Assembly: GCA_016202645.1 (NCBI GenBank)
Contig: JACQOF010000140.1
Coordinates: 25-64,024, forward strand
Length of the DNA: 64,000 nt
Source of the DNA: a bacterium
GTDB lineage: Bacteria; Lindowbacteria; 2-12-FULL-62-27
Reading direction: 5' to 3'
In this document: in pieces, positions 17,149 through 25,772 of the stretch
Layout of the letters: each line of letters begins with the position of its first letter
Numbering within the stretch: position 1 is the first letter of the stretch
Translations under genes and position numbers: made by a program
The notes under the pieces: generated by a model
The model's input: the letters and a program-made list of their open reading frames with translations, nothing else
Databases searched by the model: none
Told to the model about the DNA's origin: nothing

Positions 17149-18393
17149 TCATGGACTTTTTGCCGGCAATAATTTTTCGCACTCGGCGATGACCGCCGAC
17201 GGCGATGAGGGTTTCAGGAGCGTCCGGTGTTTCTCCGGGTCGTGCAGGGGGCGGTTCATTTCGAGTTCTCTGGCCTCGGCGAAGTACAGCGTTACGGTCG
17301 GAGTCCCGAGCGCGAAGGCAACGTGCGCAAGGCCGGTGTCGGGAGAGACGAACACTTTCATTTTTCCGACCAGCGCGGCGGCGACATCGATGGGAGTGCG
17401 CCCGGCCAAATTCAATGCCGGCACGCCCCCAACGCGCAATGGAGAAAATTTCCTCCTGGAATTTTCTGAGACTGAAGCATTGGGGGCTGGACATCCCTGT
17501 CCGCCGGCCTCACGAATGATCCGCTCACAAAGGCCCCGCTCACGCGCGCTGCCCGTCAGAATCACCCGCCCACGCCCCGCCATCCACCGGCAAATCTCCG
17601 CGTAGGACGCGACGTCCCACTGCTTGAACTTGAAAAATGATCCGGGATGAAGCCCCAGATAAAACTCCTCCCCGACCCGCCCTCCGGTCGGGGAGGCTGG
17701 GAGGGGGGTCTCCTTAAGAATTTCATCCGCCTGTTTACCCGCCTCCGCTGATAACCGCAGACTCACCCTCTCCGTCGCCGCCCTGACCCCGATCCGCTCC
17801 CCAAGCTCCAGCGCCCCCCGCACCGCATGCGCCGGCGGCAACGCCTCATCCCCCGGGTTCGCGAGGAATTCCCGAAAAATCGTCGTGCGGTTGCGCCGAC
17901 GAAGAAAGGCACGGACGCCGCCCCACAGCAGCAGCGGCACGACATCCGGGTCGTTCATGTTGCAAAGCAGCGCCGTCCGGTAACCGCCCGCCCGGATCCG
18001 CCGGATCGCCTCTCCCATGCGGCGGAACTTGCCGGGGTAATCTATGACCTCCGTCAGACGCCGGGCCGCCCCCTTCGCAGATTGAAGGAAATCCCGTCCT
18101 GGGATTTCCTGAGTCTGGAGCTTCGGGGACTGGACATCCCTGTCCGCCGAAAAAAGCGGCGCGAATTCTTCCCGGACAAAAAGACCGATCCGCGCGCCGG
18201 GCAGCGCCGCCCGCAGAGATTCGATCAGAGGCGTGACGCAGACGGCATCTCCGAGAGCGGTCGTCGCAACAACCAGGATGGATCCGCGGTCCGTTTCGTC
18301 GATTTCGGATACGGCTCGCCGGATTTTCGCCGGCGGGCGAATTCTCATGGACAGACGCGCGCCCGCTGTAAATAATGCATCCAACACGTTCAT
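17149..18393 (-). CDS. family 9 glycosyltransferase (heptosyltransferase-like) with repeat-derived insertions
   Basis: 414 aa. GT9 hallmarks ILVVATTALGDAV and VSPDTGLAHVAFALGTPTVTLY. About 58 codons derive from three repeat elements, and the ORF stays intact. Confidence 0.75.
   Translation of the reverse strand: MNVLDALFTAGARLSMRIRPPAKIRRAVSEIDETDRGSILVVATTALGDAVCVTPLIESLRAALPGARIGLFVREEFAPLFSADRDVQSPKLQTQEIPGRDFLQSAKGAARRLTEVIDYPGKFRRMGEAIRRIRAGGYRTALLCNMNDPDVVPLLLWGGVRAFLRRRNRTTIFREFLANPGDEALPPAHAVRGALELGERIGVRAATERVSLRLSAEAGKQADEILKETPLPASPTGGRVGEEFYLGLHPGSFFKFKQWDVASYAEICRWMAGRGRVILTGSARERGLCERIIREAGGQGCPAPNASVSENSRRKFSPLRVGGVPALNLAGRTPIDVAAALVGKMKVFVSPDTGLAHVAFALGTPTVTLYFAEARELEMNRPLHDPEKHRTLLKPSSPSAVIAECEKLLPAKSP
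17443..17505. repeat. family C double-hairpin element, copy 1 (inside the GT9 CDS)
   Basis: GAAAATTTCCTCCTGGAATTTTC...GGACATCCCTGTCCGCC. It encodes GGQGCPAPNASVSENSRRKFS. Confidence 0.85.
17665..17708. repeat. family B variant inside the GT9 CDS
   Basis: CTCCTCCCCGACCCGCCCTCCGGTCGGGGAGGCTGGGAGGGGGG. It encodes TPLPASPTGGRVGEE in frame. Confidence 0.85.
18086..18148. repeat. family C double-hairpin element, copy 2 (inside the GT9 CDS)
   Basis: GGAAATCCCGTCCTGGGATTTCC...GGACATCCCTGTCCGCC. It encodes SADRDVQSPKLQTQEIPGRDFL, a different reading frame of the same element. Confidence 0.85.
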
Positions 18394-18469
18394 GGGCAGT
18401 GCAGTATTTCACAATTCGGGCCGGACTTGAAGTAGTATGAGTCTGTGACCCGGGCGCGGAAGAAAGAGC

Positions 18470-18499
18470 TTGATTTTGGACCCCCACCTGACGTAGAAT
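18470..18499 (+). promoter_or_regulatory. sigma70-type promoter for rpmE, leaderless geometry
   Basis: TTGATT-N18-TAGAAT-N9-ATG. No SD. Confidence 0.5.
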
Positions 18500-18508
18500 C
18501 CCCCCACT

Positions 18509-18724
18509 ATGCGAGAAGGCATTCACCCGGAGTACAACGAGTGTACGGTGCTGTGTAACTGCGGCAATACCTTTACGACGCGGTCGACCCGCAAGGAACT
18601 GCGGCTGGAGATCTGCGGCGCGTGCCATCCGTTTTATACCGGCCAGCACAAGTTCGTTGATTCGGCGGGCCGGATCGAACGGTTTCTGAACCGCTACAAG
18701 TCCTACCAGATTTCCTCCACGTAG
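18509..18724 (+). CDS. rpmE: 50S ribosomal protein L31
   Basis: 71 aa. MREGIHPEY...CNCG...[10 protein letters not shown] is the zinc-binding L31 signature. Confidence 0.95.
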   Translation: MREGIHPEYNECTVLCNCGNTFTTRSTRKELRLEICGACHPFYTGQHKFVDSAGRIERFLNRYKSYQISST

Positions 18725-18760
18725 GGCTCCCGCCCTCCGTCTGTTCCCCTCCAGACACGC

Positions 18761-19837
18761 ATGGCCCTGTCGGACCTTGTCCGCGACGTTTTGAACCGCT
18801 GCTTGGCGGTTGAGTCACAGCTGGCCGATCCCAAAGTTACAGCCGACCCGGCCAGACGTGCGGCGCTCGGCAAGGAATTCTCGCGGCTTGAACCGCTGGT
18901 CCAGTCCATTCACAAATCCGAGCGGCTGAAAAAAGAGGTGGCGGACCTCAAAATACTTGCGGAACAGGACAGGGAAATGGGCGAAATGGCGGCGGCCGAG
19001 CTGGCCGAAAAAACGCAGGCGATAGCACGCCTTGAGCAATCACTCATGGTGGAACTTCTGCCCAAGGACCCCACCGACGCCAAAAACGTCATCCTGGAGA
19101 TCCGTGCGGGAACGGGCGGGGAGGAAGCGGCGCTGTTTGCGGCGGACCTCTACCGCATGTACACCCGCTACGCCGACCGACGCGGCTGGAAAACCGAGGC
19201 GATGTCGCTGTCGTCGACGGGCATCGGCGGCATGAAGGAGGCGATTTTGTCTGTGGCGGGGCAGGACGTGTACAGCGTGCTCAAGCACGAAAGCGGCGTC
19301 CACCGGGTCCAGCGCGTGCCGGTGACGGAATCCTCCGGCAGGATCCATACGTCAGCCGCGAGCGTGGCGGTCCTGCCTGAAGCCGAGGAAGTCGACGTCA
19401 AGATCCGCGACGAGGATTTGCGGATCGACGTGTTCCGGTCCGGCGGGCACGGCGGCCAGAGCGTGAACACGACAGACTCGGCTGTCCGCATCACGCACAT
19501 GCCCTCCGGACTTGTGGTTTCCTGCCAGGACGAAAAGTCACAGCTCAAGAACAAAGCCCGGGGGATGAAGGTCCTCCGGGCGCGCCTATATAATATGGAG
19601 AGGGAGAAGGCTGCGGCGGAGCGGGCCGCCAGCCGCCGGGAGCAGGTGGGAACGGGCGACCGGTCGGAACGGATCCGGACGTACAATTTCCCCCAGAACC
19701 GCGTGACCGACCACAGGGTCAACGTCACGCTCCATGCGTTAAACGACGTCCTCGAAGGCAACCTGGACGGCCTGATCGGGCCCCTGACCGAGGCCGAAAT
19801 CCGCGCAAAAATGGAACCGGGGAGGCCGGCCGCATGA
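18761..19837 (+). CDS. prfA: peptide chain release factor 1
   Basis: 358 aa. GGQ loop [12 protein letters not shown] and a PxT-type decoding tripeptide (PVT). Confidence 0.95.
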   Translation: MALSDLVRDVLNRCLAVESQLADPKVTADPARRAALGKEFSRLEPLVQSIHKSERLKKEVADLKILAEQDREMGEMAAAELAEKTQAIARLEQSLMVELLPKDPTDAKNVILEIRAGTGGEEAALFAADLYRMYTRYADRRGWKTEAMSLSSTGIGGMKEAILSVAGQDVYSVLKHESGVHRVQRVPVTESSGRIHTSAASVAVLPEAEEVDVKIRDEDLRIDVFRSGGHGGQSVNTTDSAVRITHMPSGLVVSCQDEKSQLKNKARGMKVLRARLYNMEREKAAAERAASRREQVGTGDRSERIRTYNFPQNRVTDHRVNVTLHALNDVLEGNLDGLIGPLTEAEIRAKMEPGRPAA

Positions 19838-20697
19838 TCGAGTGGGCGGTCGGCAATCTGCTCTCCCGGACCACGCAGTTTTTCCGGGACAAAGGCATCG
19901 AAAGTCCGGACTTGGACGCCGAACTTCTGCTGGCCCACACGCTCGGCCTCACGCGCGAGTCGCTCCTCACCCGCCGCGAACGGACCCTCACAGACCTGGA
20001 ACTCTCCTCCTACCGGGAACGCGTCCGGCAGAGGGCGGGCGCCAAACCGGTCGCCTACATTTTGAATCGCAAGGAATTTTTCGGCCTTCCCTTTTACGTC
20101 GACGAATCCGTTCTCGTCCCGCGCCCGGAAACCGAGCACGTGGTTGAATCCGCCCTGTCCTGGCTCCAATCCAGCATCCAGCAACGAGCATCCAGCATCC
20201 GGATCTGCGACCTCGGCACCGGTTCCGGCTGCATTGCCGCCGCCATTGCGCATGCCCGGCCGGACGTTCGGATCACGGCGACGGAGCTGTCCAAGGGCGC
20301 CGCAAAAGTTGCCGCCAGAAATATGGCGGACTTGGGACTTCTGGGGCGAGTGCGGCTCGTCCAGCGCGATCTTTTTCCGGCGGAATCTTCCGAAACGTTT
20401 GACGTCATCGTCTCCAACCCGCCTTATCTGTCCCTCGCGGAATACGAATCCCTGCCAAGGACCATCCGCAAGTTCGAGCCGAAAGAGGCCCTGACGGACG
20501 GCGGGGACGGTCTTGCTGTCTACCGGCGGATTCTTCGGGCGGCCCCTGGCCGTCTAAACCCCGGCGGCCGTATTTTCCTCGAAATCTCTCCCAGGATTGC
20601 GGGTGATCTGGACAAACTTCTCGGCGGCGGCCCCCTGCATGTGACGGCCATTCACAAGGACCTGGCCGGGCTGGACCGAGTGGCGGAAATATCGTGA
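19834..20697 (+). CDS. prmC: release factor glutamine N5-methyltransferase
   Basis: 287 aa. Motifs DLGTGSG and VSNPPY. ATGA overlap with the prfA stop. Confidence 0.9.
   Translation: MIEWAVGNLLSRTTQFFRDKGIESPDLDAELLLAHTLGLTRESLLTRRERTLTDLELSSYRERVRQRAGAKPVAYILNRKEFFGLPFYVDESVLVPRPETEHVVESALSWLQSSIQQRASSIRICDLGTGSGCIAAAIAHARPDVRITATELSKGAAKVAARNMADLGLLGRVRLVQRDLFPAESSETFDVIVSNPPYLSLAEYESLPRTIRKFEPKEALTDGGDGLAVYRRILRAAPGRLNPGGRIFLEISPRIAGDLDKLLGGGPLHVTAIHKDLAGLDRVAEIS
20169..20199 (+). repeat. 14-nt unit GAGCATCCAGCATC (one full copy plus one partial) in frame in prmC
   Basis: Encodes [10 protein letters not shown]. The full unit is at 20186..20199. Confidence 0.85.
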
Positions 20698-21731
20698 GCC
20701 GTTCACGGCTGATCACCCGTTGTGCCCGGATCTTTCTTCTCATTCTGGCGGCGGACGTTCTTGCCGGAACCTTTTTCCTGTCGGTCCGGACGATCCCGTT
20801 TGACGTGCGGGTGCTCGATTTCTGGAAATCCCCCCGGCAACCGAGAATCTTGATCCTGGGTTCTTCACGGCCGCGGGAAAATATCGATTCGGCGTATCTC
20901 ACCCAACGGCTGCGGGAACTGGGATATCCCCATCAGGCATTCAATCTGGCGTTCAGCGGCGGCGGGGCTATCAAAGTCGGGATGATGTTTGAACGGGTGA
21001 TCCGTCCCAAGCTCGTCGGAGAGCCGGATCCGCTGGAACAGATTTTTCTGATCGACGTCGGAGATTTTGAGCTGCACCGCCAATTCTACAACGAGGGCGT
21101 GAGACATCAAATTGAAAATGCCGCGGGGTGGGCGGAGCGGTATCCGCTTCTCCAGGGCGCCGGCCTGGTCAAGGACACCCTGCGGCATGGGCTGGGCACA
21201 TATCAGACAGCCTATATCGACTGGCTGCTCAATCCCATTTATGATGTGTCGGGTCTGTACCGGTTTTGGGGCGACTGGTCGCAAAAGGAGGAGGCGCGCA
21301 AAGCCGCCCGCAGACTGGTGTTCGGGATATTGCCCCGGAAGAACCCTGACGGGGAATTTCTCCAGCCGCTGCCGCAGATTCAGGAGTATCTGAACCCATA
21401 CGACGTCGGCGAGACGCAGACGGCAAGCCTTTCAAATCTCATCCACGGCATTCGGAAGATCGGCGCCCGGCCGCTCCTCGTCACCATCCCGATGGCAGCC
21501 TGGGGCCGGGAAACCGCCGACCCCAGCATGAAGCAAAAATTTCACGCCGCCGTGCAGGCCGTTTCAAAACAGAATCGCCTGGCGTGGCCGTCCATCACCA
21601 ACGAGCAGATCGGATTTGACGATACGTATTATTTTGACGACCTGCATCTCAAACGGCAGAACCGTCGGCAGATGACCGAGGCGCTTTTGCAGCGGGTGAT
21701 TCTGCCGGCGCTGAAATCGACCGGATCATGA
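20694..21731 (+). CDS. membrane-anchored DltD-like/DUF1574-like SGNH-fold protein
   Basis: 345 aa. N-terminal TM, ILILGSSRP (candidate Ser nucleophile block) and C-terminal FDDLHLK (DxxH block). GTGA overlap with the prmC stop and ATGA overlap with the MBOAT start. Confidence 0.5.
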   Translation: MSRSRLITRCARIFLLILAADVLAGTFFLSVRTIPFDVRVLDFWKSPRQPRILILGSSRPRENIDSAYLTQRLRELGYPHQAFNLAFSGGGAIKVGMMFERVIRPKLVGEPDPLEQIFLIDVGDFELHRQFYNEGVRHQIENAAGWAERYPLLQGAGLVKDTLRHGLGTYQTAYIDWLLNPIYDVSGLYRFWGDWSQKEEARKAARRLVFGILPRKNPDGEFLQPLPQIQEYLNPYDVGETQTASLSNLIHGIRKIGARPLLVTIPMAAWGRETADPSMKQKFHAAVQAVSKQNRLAWPSITNEQIGFDDTYYFDDLHLKRQNRRQMTEALLQRVILPALKSTGS

Positions 21732-23140
21732 TTTTTTCCAGCCCTGAGTATTTCATCTTTTTCCCGGCCGTGCTGGCTCTATCCTTTGTCGTCCGCGGCG
21801 CCGGTCGGATGTGGCTGCTGACCATCGCCAGTTTCCTGTTCTACGGCGCCGCGAGCCCCCCCTGTTCGCTTCTGTTGCTCATGATCTCCATGGTCGATTT
21901 TACCGCCGCCATCCGCATATCGGAATCGGGATCGGCCCTGGCAAGACGACTTTGGATGTGGACGAGTGTTTGCGCCAACCTTGGAATCCTGTTCTATTTC
22001 AAATACATTGATTTTTTCGTCAACGCCGCCGGCCATGCCCGCAGGCTGTTTGGCGGCGGCCTCCCGGCGCCTGTCTTCGAGATAATCCTGCCCGTTGGGA
22101 TTTCTTTTTACACCCTGCAGAGTCTGGGCTACACGCTGGATGTTTACCGCGGCCGGATCGCGCCGACCCGTTCGTTTCTGGATTACGTCTGCTATCTTTC
22201 TTTTTTCCCACGCCTGATCGCCGGCCCCTTTGTCCGTTCTCACGAACTGATTCCCCAGCTGCGGCGGCCCGACCCTCTGACGGCCGGCGCGGTCGCCGAC
22301 GGTCTGCGTCTGTTTTTAATGGGGTTCGTCAAAAAGACGCTGGTGGCTGACGTGCTCGGGCGCGTCCTGGTGGATCCTGTTTTTCATGCGCCTCACAAAT
22401 ACACGACCTTCATGCTCTGGCTGGCCGCGGCGGCATATGCGGTGCAGCTCTACGGCGATTTTTCCGGCTACACGGACATGGCCCGGGGCTCGGCCAGACT
22501 TCTGGGTGTGCGCCTGCCCATCAATTTCAATTTTCCGTATCTGGCCCGCGACCCGCGGGACTTCTGGGCGCGCTGGCAGATCACGTTTTCCGCGTGGATG
22601 AGAGAATACGTCTTTATCCCTCTGGGCGGCGCACAGCTCACGGCGGCGGCCGCGCTGCGAAACATCGCGATCGTCTTTTTGCTCGGCGGCCTCTGGCACG
22701 GCGCCCGCTGGACATTCGTGGCCTGGGGCGCGTACCATGGCGTCTGGTTGATCGCCCACGCGATCTACCGGAAAATTCTATACCGGGAAAATCCGGAGCC
22801 GGCCTGGACCCGGACGCGCGGGTACGGCCTGTTGTCCTGGGCTGTCTCATTTCTGTTGATCCTGATCGGCTGCGTTATCATGCGCAGTCCCTCGATGAGT
22901 CAGGCGTATGAAATGCTCCATGCGATGGCGGCGGGGAGTTCCGGCGCCTCTCAAATCATCTCCGGTCAGTGCCTGATGCTCATGTTGGCCGTCGCCCTGA
23001 CGCATGCTTGGAGCCTTTTGCCGCCGCCCATCCGCTATCTGGAAGACTGCCCCGCATCCATCAAGGATATCGGATATGGCCTGCTGATCATCTATCTCAT
23101 TGTTAACTCCGGCCTCGGCGATCCGTTCATTTATTTTTAA
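21728..23140 (+). CDS. MBOAT-family membrane O-acyltransferase (AlgI/DltB/PatA-like), copy 1
   Basis: 470 aa, polytopic. Motifs YGDFSGYTDMARG and FWARWQITFSAWMREYVF (Q where most homologs have H), plus GGLWHG carrying the invariant His. Confidence 0.85.
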   Translation: MIFSSPEYFIFFPAVLALSFVVRGAGRMWLLTIASFLFYGAASPPCSLLLLMISMVDFTAAIRISESGSALARRLWMWTSVCANLGILFYFKYIDFFVNAAGHARRLFGGGLPAPVFEIILPVGISFYTLQSLGYTLDVYRGRIAPTRSFLDYVCYLSFFPRLIAGPFVRSHELIPQLRRPDPLTAGAVADGLRLFLMGFVKKTLVADVLGRVLVDPVFHAPHKYTTFMLWLAAAAYAVQLYGDFSGYTDMARGSARLLGVRLPINFNFPYLARDPRDFWARWQITFSAWMREYVFIPLGGAQLTAAAALRNIAIVFLLGGLWHGARWTFVAWGAYHGVWLIAHAIYRKILYRENPEPAWTRTRGYGLLSWAVSFLLILIGCVIMRSPSMSQAYEMLHAMAAGSSGASQIISGQCLMLMLAVALTHAWSLLPPPIRYLEDCPASIKDIGYGLLIIYLIVNSGLGDPFIYF

Positions 23141-23142
23141 TT

Positions 23143-24039
23143 TTGAATTTTACAATAAACGGCGACTGCGGTATACTGCTCCCCATCGTGACGACAAATC
23201 GAGAATCTTTTGAAGCGCAGGTCAACAAAGATACCGTGACGACCTATTCGGAGCGGGGGAGCCGCGCATACGAGGATCGCAAGAATCGGGAGTTTTTATA
23301 TGGCAAGATCACCGTTGATTTTTTAAGGGGGATCGACTTCAGCGGCGGCGACCGGGTTGTTCTGGACATCGGATGCGGAACGGGACTGGGGTTTGAGATT
23401 CTGGCCGGGGAGTTTGAGCGGCGCGGGATGCAGGGGACCGGGATTGATCCGGCCCAGGGGATGCTGGATTTGGCTGTCGACAAATTCCGGGGCAATGGGC
23501 GATTTACCTGGAAGGTCGGCTCCTTTGAGCGGATCCCGCTGGCGGACAAATCGGTGGACAAGATCATCTCGACGCTGGCGCTGCACTGGGTCACGTCCCT
23601 GCCGCTTTCGGCGGCGGAGATGGAACGGGTGTTGAAGGACAACGGGAGCCTTGACATTCTGATGATCGCCAAAGACGACGGGTACCATTTCAAGAAAGCG
23701 ATTGTGAAGGCCCTGAGGAGGCATCTGACGTTTGCGCAGGTCATGAAAACCGCCGGGCTGGCGATTCGCGTCAGCCCCGAGGAACTCCGGGACCAGTTCG
23801 CGGTCTTTCACCAAAAATTCGATATCGATGTCAAAAAGGTGAGTGATGTGGTATTTGGAAGTTTTGAAGATCATATGAAATGGTGGAAGGCCCGGTCGAG
23901 CCAGGTCATCTGCGACGTCAAGGACCGGGAAAGTTTCATGAAAGACTTGCGGGAGGAACTGGAGAAAACGCGGACCGAACGGGGCATTCCGTTCGACTCA
24001 AATCTGCTGCACATCAAAGTATGGGGGAAAAGCCGATGA
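23143..24039 (+). CDS. class I SAM-dependent methyltransferase (BioC/Tam-like features)
   Basis: 298 aa. Motif I VLDIGCGTGLG and post-II LALHWV...MERVLKDNGSL, reminiscent of BioC-type enzymes. The start is uncertain: TTG 23143, or GTG near 23189. Confidence 0.7.
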   Translation: MNFTINGDCGILLPIVTTNRESFEAQVNKDTVTTYSERGSRAYEDRKNREFLYGKITVDFLRGIDFSGGDRVVLDIGCGTGLGFEILAGEFERRGMQGTGIDPAQGMLDLAVDKFRGNGRFTWKVGSFERIPLADKSVDKIISTLALHWVTSLPLSAAEMERVLKDNGSLDILMIAKDDGYHFKKAIVKALRRHLTFAQVMKTAGLAIRVSPEELRDQFAVFHQKFDIDVKKVSDVVFGSFEDHMKWWKARSSQVICDVKDRESFMKDLREELEKTRTERGIPFDSNLLHIKVWGKSR

Positions 24040-24287
24040 GTCAGATTTTTGACCGGGAAACCGTCAAATCCAAAATCAAGGCACTGATTGAGGGAGAACT
24101 CAGCATCGCCATCGAAAGCGACGATCAGGATCTGGTGGGGACGGATACGATCGATTCCTATACCATGATGCTGCTGATCTCGTTTATCGGCAAGGAGTTC
24201 AAGGTCGAACTGGACATGGAGAAAATGGATTTCGACGCTTTCGGTTCGATCAATACCATCGCCGACCTGGTTACCCGCCGCCGGTGA
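24036..24287 (+). CDS. acyl/D-alanyl carrier protein-like (DltC-like)
   Basis: 83 aa after trimming ORF 23880 to ATG 24036 (ATGA overlap with the upstream stop). Candidate phosphopantetheine site TIDSYTMMLL (compare DltC LLDSFGTVELL). Confidence 0.65.
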   Translation: MSQIFDRETVKSKIKALIEGELSIAIESDDQDLVGTDTIDSYTMMLLISFIGKEFKVELDMEKMDFDAFGSINTIADLVTRRR

Positions 24288-24317
24288 TTCCCCGCGCGGC
24301 CTCCCCAGCCGGGGGGG

Positions 24318-25772
24318 ATGGGGGAGATCATGTCATTTAACACCCACGAGTTTGCGGTTTTTTTTGTAATTGTCTACGGCCTCTATCTGGCGCTGCAGAC
24401 GAACCTTCGCCGGCAAAACGCCATGCTGCTGGTCGCGAGCTATGTGTTTTATGGATTCTGGAATTGGAAATTTCTCTCCTTGATCTTCATTTCAACCGTG
24501 CTCGATTACGTCTGCTCGCGAAAAATTTTCGAAAGCGCCGATCCCAAACGGCGGAAATTTTTTCTGGTCCTCAGCCTTGCCGGGAATTTGTCCATGCTCT
24601 GTTTTTTCAAATACTATGACTTTTTCATCACCAATGTCCAAACGGCCCTCGATGGGATGGGAGTCGATGTCCGACTTCACGTTTTAAACGTCATTCTTCC
24701 CGTCGGCATCTCGTTTTACACCTTCCAGACCATGAGCTATACCCTCGACGTCTTCAACAAAAAAATGCCGGCGTCGGACCATTTTCTCGATTTTGCCCTC
24801 TACGTCTCCTATTTCCCTCAACTCGTGGCCGGCCCGATCGAACGCGGCACAAATCTGTATCCGCAGGTGGCCTCGCCGAGAACCCTGGTCCGGGAAGATG
24901 TCCTGCGGGGATTCTTTCTGGTCTACTGGGGGCTCTTTCTGAAGATGTTTGTGGCGGACAATCTGGCCAAACTGGTCGATCCGGTCTTTGCCGCGCCCCC
25001 GCCGTACCGGGGAAGCGAGGTGCTGATCGCCACGTATGCGTTTGCCTTCCAGATCTTCGGCGATTTCGCGGGGTATTCCTACATCGCCATCGGCCTGGCC
25101 CGGATGATGGGGATCCGATTGATGGACAATTTCAAACGGCCCTATTTTTCCACGGATATTTCCGAGTTTTGGCGGCGGTGGCACATTTCGCTGTCGAGCT
25201 GGTTCCGGGATTACATGTTTTCGCCGTATTACCTGTACATCGACAGAAGCGATCGCTTCAAAAAACTGCCGCTCCGTGTCCGGCACAATCTCATTTTTTT
25301 CGTGGCTCTCATGGTCACGGAACTTTTGCTCGGATTTTGGCATGGGGCCAACTGGAATTTCGGCCTCTTCGGTCTCTATCACGGCGTCCTCATCTGGGCG
25401 TATTATTACACCCGAAAATTCTGGGACCGAATGCCCCGCCTGCTTCGGGTGTTTCTGACGTTTCACCTGGTGTGCCTCGGCTGGCTGATTTTCAGAGTCC
25501 AGTCCCTCGCCCAATTGGGGGATATGATCCACAGCCTGCTGTTCCATTTTCAATTCCTGCCGAATATCGGCCTTAAGGCGAAACTGCTGGACATCATATT
25601 CTATTCATGGCTGCTCGTTTTGATCCAGTTGCTCTCCTTAAAGGCGGATGACACCATGGCCGTCACGCGATGGCCCACGCCGGTCAGATGGTTTTTATAT
25701 ACGCTGATCTTCTGTTTGACGGCCGTGTGGGGAGAATTTGGCGCCCGGCAGTTTATTTATTTCCAGTTTTAG
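24318..25772 (+). CDS. MBOAT-family membrane O-acyltransferase, copy 2
   Basis: 484 aa. Motifs FGDFAGYSYIAIG, FWRRWHISLSSWFRDYMF and GFWHG. ATG 24330 is an alternative start. Confidence 0.85.
   Translation: MGEIMSFNTHEFAVFFVIVYGLYLALQTNLRRQNAMLLVASYVFYGFWNWKFLSLIFISTVLDYVCSRKIFESADPKRRKFFLVLSLAGNLSMLCFFKYYDFFITNVQTALDGMGVDVRLHVLNVILPVGISFYTFQTMSYTLDVFNKKMPASDHFLDFALYVSYFPQLVAGPIERGTNLYPQVASPRTLVREDVLRGFFLVYWGLFLKMFVADNLAKLVDPVFAAPPPYRGSEVLIATYAFAFQIFGDFAGYSYIAIGLARMMGIRLMDNFKRPYFSTDISEFWRRWHISLSSWFRDYMFSPYYLYIDRSDRFKKLPLRVRHNLIFFVALMVTELLLGFWHGANWNFGLFGLYHGVLIWAYYYTRKFWDRMPRLLRVFLTFHLVCLGWLIFRVQSLAQLGDMIHSLLFHFQFLPNIGLKAKLLDIIFYSWLLVLIQLLSLKADDTMAVTRWPTPVRWFLYTLIFCLTAVWGEFGARQFIYFQF

Noticed and set aside
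18761-19837. Programmed frameshift in a release-factor gene
   Set aside because: The gene is prfA (RF1, PVT tripeptide) with a single uninterrupted frame. The +1 frameshift is a prfB feature.
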